A DNA stretch of 64,000 nt from Nitrospirota bacterium. Its GTDB lineage: Bacteria > JACPQY01. Every line of letters begins with the position of its first letter. Positions within the stretch are counted from its first letter, which is position 1. The notes under the pieces were generated by a model. It searched no databases. It saw nothing but the letters and a program-made list of their open reading frames with translations, and was not told the origin of the DNA. Of the stretch, positions 22,730 through 30,600 are shown piece after piece. Position numbers and translations under genes: made by a program. The stretch spans positions 1-64,000 of the forward strand of contig JACPAV010000003.1 of NCBI GenBank assembly GCA_016180645.1, given 5' to 3'.

Positions 22730-23809
22730 TCAGCGGCGCGCAACGAGGCCGGAGCCGCGGCAGGAGGTGGGGGGATCGCCGTTGATGCCGTCGAGTTTCA
22801 CGTTTTCACACTGGAACGAGTAGGCCAGTTTTCCTTCCGACACTTTCACGGCGGCGCCTTCGGGATTCCCGGAGTATTCAAACTTCACGGAACCGGATTC
22901 GAGGCGGACCTTCCGCTCGCGCAGCTTCGGATCGCCGCTTTCCAAGGCCGCGGACGGCGTTATGTCGCCCAGCGTCACCTCCACACGCGCATTGGAGATG
23001 GTCTCTCCATCCAAATAGGCCCCACCCCTCGACACCAAGGTTCGGCCCGACGGATCTGAAAGCCAGTTCCAGTAGAATCCTCTCCGCTCGCCCAACACCA
23101 CCCACTCGGTCCACTCCACGTCGCCTTGAAAGCTCCCCGAAGCCTGATCCTGAATGGAGCCCCACCGACGCGCGACAAAGCCAAATGCTGAAACTCGACG
23201 ATCACCTTCCTTCGGCCAGAAGCAGCCTCCGGGGCCCATGATAACGATGGACGACTCGACTCCGGTCAGCCGGTGATTCCACAAGGCGGCCTCGGGATAC
23301 ATGCGGCAGTAGTTCGGGCGCTCGCCTTCCTTCCACGACGCCTCCAACACCGGTCGCAGGTCCATCTGGCGCGTGCTCGTGGGGGTGCGTCCGGCCAGCA
23401 GGAATTTCCCCATCTGTTCGACGTAGAGCGTGCCATCGCGGAAAGGCGCGGCTTCCAGCCCCTCCGGGAGATACCTTTCTGAAGCTTCATTGAGGGCGGG
23501 CGCCCACCAGCGATTCCATGCGCGGATGCGCGGGATATCCAGCGGGCGAGCGGATTCGTCGGTGAGTGAAACCTGCCCCTCGTATTGGATCGTGGTGTGG
23601 GATTCCAGGGAGACGAAGGTGGCCTCGTAGGTCACCCAATCGGATTCGAGCTTCCGGGCCATCTCCTCCCCTACATTGAGTGGAGTGGAAGGAACCCGAT
23701 CGAGCACGCCGATCGCCCATCGCCTCAGGCGACCTCCTCGAATCGTGGCCACCATGGCCGCGATGACCGCGAGGAGCGACACCAGTACGATCAGGCGACT
23801 TCTAAGCAT
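22730..23809 (-). CDS. Hypothetical membrane-anchored protein
   Basis: N-terminal hydrophobic helix (LIVLVSLLAVIAAMVATI); follows the HAMP gene in the same orientation. Confidence 0.6.
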   Translation of the reverse strand: MLRSRLIVLVSLLAVIAAMVATIRGGRLRRWAIGVLDRVPSTPLNVGEEMARKLESDWVTYEATFVSLESHTTIQYEGQVSLTDESARPLDIPRIRAWNRWWAPALNEASERYLPEGLEAAPFRDGTLYVEQMGKFLLAGRTPTSTRQMDLRPVLEASWKEGERPNYCRMYPEAALWNHRLTGVESSIVIMGPGGCFWPKEGDRRVSAFGFVARRWGSIQDQASGSFQGDVEWTEWVVLGERRGFYWNWLSDPSGRTLVSRGGAYLDGETISNARVEVTLGDITPSAALESGDPKLRERKVRLESGSVKFEYSGNPEGAAVKVSEGKLAYSFQCENVKLDGINGDPPTSCRGSGLVARR

Positions 23810-23822
23810 GGAACTTCGGGTA

Positions 23823-24440
23823 TCAAGTCTTGAAGGCGCTGAGGGCGCGGTCCAATTCTTCCTGTTTCGCCGCAAGCAATTTCGCGGCGGTTGCCGCGTC
23901 GTTCGCCGATGTTTTGCCGTCCTGCAGTCGGCCGCTCAGGGCCACGGCTTCATCAACCAGAACTTTGCTCAAGTTCTGGGCCGCCTGGAGCTTGGTGGAC
24001 AATGTGGACAGGGTTTGGTTGTAGATTTCACGGAAATCTTGGAGGTAGTCTCTCTCGCGCAGCCTGATGCGAACGGAAAGATCTCCCTCGCCCACTTGTC
24101 TCGTGATCAGTTTCAGCCGGTAGATCGGCCCCGCCAAACGGTTCGACCATACGATGGCTACGAGACCGAGAATGGCGAAGACCGTCAGCGTGGCCGGCAC
24201 CATCCAGCCATTGGCGAAGAAGAGTTGCTGGGCCGCCTGAAACTGCCGGTGGCCGTCCGTATCGGGCGAGAGAGCCGCCTTGAGCGCGGGATACAGCATG
24301 AGCGCCAGAAGGAGGGCGGTGTAGGCCGCAAGATAAATCCAGATCTCCAGCACGATGGCGATCTGAAGGCCGCGGTCGATGAGGTATCGTCTTCGCCTGA
24401 GAGGCGGTCGGCCGGATGCGGACGGTGGTGAGATAGTCAT
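23823..24440 (-). CDS. Two-TM HAMP-domain protein with a short coiled-coil tail
   Basis: RRRRYLID start motif, two TM helices, SNRLAGPIYRL...GDLSVRIRLR..D HAMP; GGAGG RBS. Confidence 0.8.
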   Translation of the reverse strand: MTISPPSASGRPPLRRRRYLIDRGLQIAIVLEIWIYLAAYTALLLALMLYPALKAALSPDTDGHRQFQAAQQLFFANGWMVPATLTVFAILGLVAIVWSNRLAGPIYRLKLITRQVGEGDLSVRIRLRERDYLQDFREIYNQTLSTLSTKLQAAQNLSKVLVDEAVALSGRLQDGKTSANDAATAAKLLAAKQEELDRALSAFKT

Positions 24441-24573
24441 ATTTCCTCCCTCGTCATGTCTTGATTCCGGAGGACGCGCATGGCCTCGGAAGGCCCTCCG
24501 CGTCCCACACCCTGTTCATATGACAATGGCAGATCAAGTGCAAGAAGTATTCAGCCCGGTTCTACGGGGGAAA

Positions 24574-24679
24574 CCCTCACCCCAACCCTCTCCCCCTTGC
24601 CAAGGATGGCATGGGGCCATGATATGTCGCCGCGCCCAGGATGGCGCGGCATAGACCATGGCCTTTCAGGGAGAGGGGG
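24574..24679. repeat. REP-like CCCTCACCCCAACCCTCTCCC...GGGAGAGGG palindrome with nested hairpins
   Basis: Outer arms CCCTCTCCC/GGGAGAGGG; inner arms GGCCATG/CATGGCC and GCCGCGCC-CAGGAT-GGCGCGGC. Confidence 0.65.
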
Positions 24680-24694
24680 TACCTTTGCTCGAAC

Positions 24695-27600
24695 TCAAGG
24701 TATGAGGGGAACGTATTGGCTGGTGGTTTGAAGGGCCGTTCCGCCCGAATCGCTTCCGCCGATGGAGAAGATCCGGCCGCTCACGCTGACCGCCCCATGG
24801 ACGCGTCGCGCTGCGCCGAGGATCGTCCTGGCGGTCCAAGTGTCCGACAACGGCTCGTACTCGTGAGTGAGGGCCGACACGGTGCCATCGGTACCGCCGA
24901 GCACGAAAACCCGGCCATCGAGCCCGGCCGCGGCCAGATCGGATCTGGGGGTGGGCACGCCGGTCTTGGCCGTCCAAGTATCGGACGTAGGGTTGTATTC
25001 TTCCATGGCGCCGGCGTATGCGCCATTCCAGCCGCCCGCCACATAGATTTTCTCATGGGCGACGGCCGCCGCCATGGCGTAGCGGGCCGTGGGCATGGCG
25101 GTCTTGGACGTCCACGTGTTGCCGACCGGATCGTATTCGTTGCAATTCGCCAGAGTGGATGTGCCGTCGAATCCGCCGATTAGATAGATCTTCCCGTTCA
25201 CGGCCGCGGCCACGTGCTGGTGGCGATTGGAGGGCAGGACAGCTTTCACAGCCCAGGTATTCGCGATGGGGTCGTATTCGTCGTTCAGATTGTAAATCGT
25301 CGGGACGTTGTCCTTGCCACCCATCACGTAGATCTTGCCGTTGGCCGCGGCGGCGGAGAGTTCCCACCGCGCGGTAGGCAGTGCCGTCTTGACGGCCCAC
25401 GAGTTGGCCACAGGATCGTACTCCTCGTTTTCGGCTGATGGCGTACCCTTGTCCCCGCCGATGGCATAGATCCTCCCGTTGACCTCGGAGACGGCGAGAG
25501 CGCGCCGAGCGGTGAGCATCGGGGCCTTGTTCACCCAAGCATCGACGGGCGCGCCCGGTGCCATGGGCGTGTACTCCTCGTTTGCACCGGAGAGCGAGCC
25601 GAAATTATCGCGACCGCCAATCGCATAGACTCTGCCACCGGCTGTGGTGGCGGCGAAACGGTATCGTACTGTTGGGAGTGCCGCTGCCGTTGCCCACGAA
25701 TCGCCTACAGGGTTGTATTCCTCCACCGTGGAATACGCGGAGGCGTTGTACCCGCCCATGACATAGAGCTTTCCGCCGACGGAGGCGACCGCCGGACCGT
25801 ATCGGGCCGTTGGGGCGGCCGTTTTTGTCGTCCACGTGTTGGCGATCACATCGTATTCCTCCGTGGAGCTCAGCGCCGCGCCGTTCCATCCGCACGAAAC
25901 ATAGATCTTATTGCCGATGGCGGCCGCTCCCGTATCGCTCCGGGGCGTACCCTGGGCCGCCTTGCTGACCCATGTATCAGTCGACGGCGTGTATTCGCGG
26001 ACGGCGGCGACGTAGACAGACGAATTGAATCCGCCGAAGACGTAGATCTTTCCGTTGGCGGCCGCCGCTTGAGGGCCGCTGACGGCGTTGGGCATAACCG
26101 CCTTGGTCGCCCACGTGTTCGCAGCGGTGTCGTATTCGTAGTTGGTATTCTGGACGGTGCCGTTGACGCCACCCAGAGCATAGACTTTTCCCGCCAGACA
26201 GGCGGCGGCCACTTGTTGACTGCCCGCAGGCATCGCAGCCTTGGCCGCCCACGCGTTGGCCACCGGATCGAACTCTTCGTTCGCGGTGGTCAGGCCGAAG
26301 ATGTCTCCACCGACGGCGTAGACCTTCCCGTTCCCGCAGGCCGCCACGCCATGATGATACCGGGCCGTTGTCATGGCGGTTTTCGACGCCCAGGTGTTTC
26401 CGCCCGCCGCGCCGACTTTTTCAGCGGTGTTCGTATCGGAATTCCCCGCCTCGTCCTGCGCGCGGACGACGAAGTAGTAGTTCGTATTCTTCACGAGGCC
26501 GCTGCTGACGGCATAGGTCGTAGCCCCCGCCGCAGTGGTGTATGTGGCAGTGAATGAGCCACCGCAGGTTCCCGCACTCGTCGACTGGCAGATCTTGTAG
26601 ACCAGAGAGCCGGCGGCCGTTACCGTGTCGGATCCCGCCGCCCACCCCAAGGTAATGGAAAGATTGTTCACCGCGAGCGAACTGATCCCGGCAAAGGTGG
26701 GAGTGGAGGTGTCGAAGGTGAAGGTGCTCCCCGTCCCCGGCGTTTCCACGCTGTTCAAGTTGTCCGTTGCTCGGGATTGGATCGTGTACTGGATTCCGTC
26801 AACCCAGGCCGGGACGGTGGAATAGCTCCAAGAAGTCGTTCCCGTTGTGAGAAGCCATGTTGTGGCGGGGTTGAAGGCCGTTCCGTTCCAGTACTTGCCG
26901 TCCGAGACTCGCAGGATTGTGATTTCGACTTTCTGTACACCGCTGCCGGTCCCGGGATCGGTTGACGAACCCGCCATCGAGGCGAGTGCGGCCAGTTTCG
27001 CGTTGTTGGCGGGACTTGTGACGGAAGAGGTCGGGGGCACGCCGTCCGGCACCACGCCATTGGAGGAAGCCCACGCACCGGTATTCCCCGCGGCATCCAA
27101 CGCGCGAGCGCAATTGTAGTAGGTGGTGTAGTTGGTCAGGGTCAGCCCGGTGGTGTTTTTCCAGTTGTTTGCGCCGTTGCCGGCCGTGGCGAGGACGTCT
27201 CCCGTGCAGCCCGTGGTGGTGCTGATGTTGTAGTCGTACGAGGTCACGTTGATGTTGTCGCCGAAGCCGGCCCAATTCGCATCCATGGTCGAAGTGGATG
27301 ACTGGAAGGCGAGGTCCGCGCCGGTGCCATCGCTTACCGATCCCGATACTGGGGCGATGGTGTCCTTTTGAACGAAGAACACGTCGTTCAAAACGGCGGA
27401 GTTACCCGCGTTGTCGAAGGCCCTCACGCTGACGAAGTTGTTCGTCCACTGGTTCAGGGACGCAAAGGCCACGCCCCAGTTCGTCGTGTACGAGGCCGTG
27501 CCGATCCCTGTGGCAATGTTAGTGAACACAATGAGCTGGGTACCGGTCTGCCCGGTGGCATCCCACACGGTGTATTGGACGTAGCTCAAATTGCTGCCAC

Positions 27601-30600
27601 CGGCGTCGTTGAAGTCCACATCGTAGATCGCGCCGGGATCGGCATTCCGCCAGGTGGTGTCGCCCGCCTGGTTGTCGGCGATCGTGGGAGAGGCGATGTC
27701 GTTGGTGGCGGTGGCCGCCGAGGACTGATTGGTGGCGGCATCGGTGGCGGTCACATAGACTGTTGCATTCGCATTGTCACCGATGGAAAGGGATGTGAAC
27801 GAGCCGTCGCCTGCCGCGGTTCCAGAGACGATCAGAGTCGTGAGCAGGCCATCCGCCCATACTTTGACCGTTGAGTTTGCCTCGACGGAGCCCACAGGGC
27901 CGGACACCGAGTCGGCCGTACTTGGGGCGTTCTGGGCTACGGCGACTCCCGTAGGCGTTGCCGGGGGCGTCGTATCGAGAATGATCGTGTCGGTGAAATC
28001 CGCGGAGAGGTTCGACATGAGGTCGCGGATTTGGAAGGTCACCGTCTTGGACCCATCGCCCGCCGTGAGCGTCCAGGCTTTGGAGGCCGAGGGCGCCTCA
28101 AAGATCTCGGTGTCCCAGACGCCGTCGTTCGAGTAGCGCACCTGGTCCACTCCGGCGCCGGAGGCGTCGCTGTAAACCAAAGCCAGCGTGACCGACTGGC
28201 TGTTCGCGTAGGCGGCGCTGCTGTTGATGACCACGCTGCCGGTGGGACCCTGTTTGTCGATCATCACCGTCACGCTGCATTTCTTGGTTTCGACATTGCC
28301 CACGGAGTCGCCGGACTGATAGCAGACGACTTTCTTGCACGCGCTGCCGGAGGAGCAGGTGACGGGAACGGCGGTGCCCGCTGTGGAAGGAGTGCAGCCC
28401 GAGCCGGTTCCGGTCAATTTTCGGATTCGATGGTTCGAAGTGTCTGCGATGTAGAGGTCGCCCGCGGCGTCCAATTCCACGTCGCTGGGGTACTGCAATG
28501 TTGCAGAGGCCGCCGGGCCGCCATCGCCGCTGAAGCCGCCCGAACCCGTGCCGGCCAACGTCGTGATGATACCTGATGCATCCACCTTTCGAATGACATG
28601 ATTCGAGGTGTCGGCGATGTAGACGTTTCCGGCCGCGTCGGCCACCGCTTCTTTTGCATAGGAGAGGGTCGCCGCGGTCGCCAGTCCGCCGTCGCCGGTG
28701 TACCCGTTCGTGCCCGTTCCCGCGATGGTGGTGACGGTACCCCCCGGATCGCGCTTGTAGACGCGGTAGCTGGACGTGAAGAAGAGATTGCCGGAGGCAT
28801 CAACGGAGACGCCGATGTTTCCGCCTACGGATGTACCGGAAAGCAGAGTGATGGTTCCGCTGCCATCCACTTTTCTGACGCTACCGCATTCGCCGCCGAT
28901 GAAAATATTTCCCGCCGAATCGACTGCGATGTCGTGGACGTAAGTGAGCGTGGCGCTGGTGGCGGGTCCGCCATCGCCCGTGCAGCCTTGTGAACCGGTC
29001 CCGACCACGATGCTGAGCGTGCCACCGGTATCCACTTTGAAGACCTGATGGGTGTTCCGCTCGGCGATGTAGATGTTCCCAGAGCCGTCTACCGCCACGT
29101 CTTCCGGCATGCCCAAAGTGTAATTCGTGGCTGCGCACGGCGCCGCGCAACCCGCGCCGCCGCCGGCGACAGTGCTGATCGTGCCGCCGGGCGTGACCTT
29201 GCGGACGCGGGCCTGACCGGTGTCCGCGATATACAAGTTGCCGGCCGAATCGAAGGCCTGACCGGCCTTCTCCGCGCCAAGGATCAGACTGAGTTGTGCG
29301 CTCGTGGCGGGGCCTCCGTCGCCGAGCGATCCGCCGCCGCCCGCGAAGGTGCTGATGACGGCGGGAGGATCGGTCACGCAGTAGTTGGTGGAGGCGACGC
29401 CGGAACCCGTCCCGTCGGATGGGCTGAGGTTCACCCCGACATCGGCCGCTTGCCACGGCGTGGGAGCGTCGTCGGTGGTCGTCGGCGCCTGCTTGTCGAT
29501 CTGAATGAATTTCGAGACCACGCTCTGGACGTTGCCCACGGCATCGGTCGATTGATATCGCGCGTAGTTCTGGCAAACCGACGAGGGCGAACAGGTAACG
29601 GAAATGGACGTCCCCGGTGTGCTTGGGGCGCACGTATCCGAGGCATCGACGCAGTACGATGTGGCGGCGACTCCCGAGCCGGTCTTGTCATCGAGCGTCA
29701 GAGTCACCGTTACGTCCGCCCCTTGCCAGCCCGCGGGAGCGTCATCGGTCGTGGCCGGCGCTTCCTTATCCATTCGGACCAGTTTGGAGATGACGGTTTC
29801 CACATTGCCCACCGCATCGGTGGCTTGGAAGCGTACGTAGGTGGGGCACACGGTGGCCGGAGAGCAGGCGACGGCGAATGGCGCGGTGTAGACCGTGGCG
29901 GGAGCACAGGAATCCGCGCCATCGAGGCAGTAGTTGATTCCGGACACACCCGATCCGCCGCCATCGCCCGCCGAGAGGGTGACCGTCACATCGGCGCCCT
30001 GCCAGGCGACGGGTGCATCATCTGTGGTGGCCGGCGCCTGCTTGTCGATGCGCACCAGCTTGGAGACAACGGATTCCGCATTCCCAACCCCATCCACCGA
30101 ATTGAAACGGATGTACGTTTGGCAGACCGAACCGGTGGAGCAGGGGATGGAGACCGGGGCCGTGTAGGCGCTGGTTGGCGCGCAGGTGTTCGTGCTATCC
30201 GTACAGTACGTTGTGGAGGCGATACCGGACCCGGCTCCGTCGAAACCGCTCAGGGTGACGGAAACGTCTGCCCCTTGCCATGCCGCGGGGGCATCGTCCG
30301 ATGTCGTCGGCGCCTGCTTGTCGATTCGAACCAGTTTGGACTGGGTGGTTTCCAAGTTTCCCACATTGTCCGTCGACCGGTAGCGAACGTACCGGGGGCA
30401 AACCGTCCCGACGGGGCAAGTGACGGAGACCGCCGTTCCCGCGGTGGACGGAACGCAAGTGTTGGCGGAATCCACGCAATAGTTCGTTCCGGCTACTCCC
30501 GAGCGGGCATCGGTGGGACTCAGAGTCACCGTCACATCACCGGGAACCCAGGAGGCCGGCCCGTCGTCGGTCGTGGTCGGCGGAATCGTATCGCAGGTCC

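Noticed and set aside
28260-30593. ~270-bp DNA repeats as a DGR template/variable pair or an array
   Set aside because: They are in-frame protein domain repeats with general divergence rather than adenine-specific changes; no reverse transcriptase is present.
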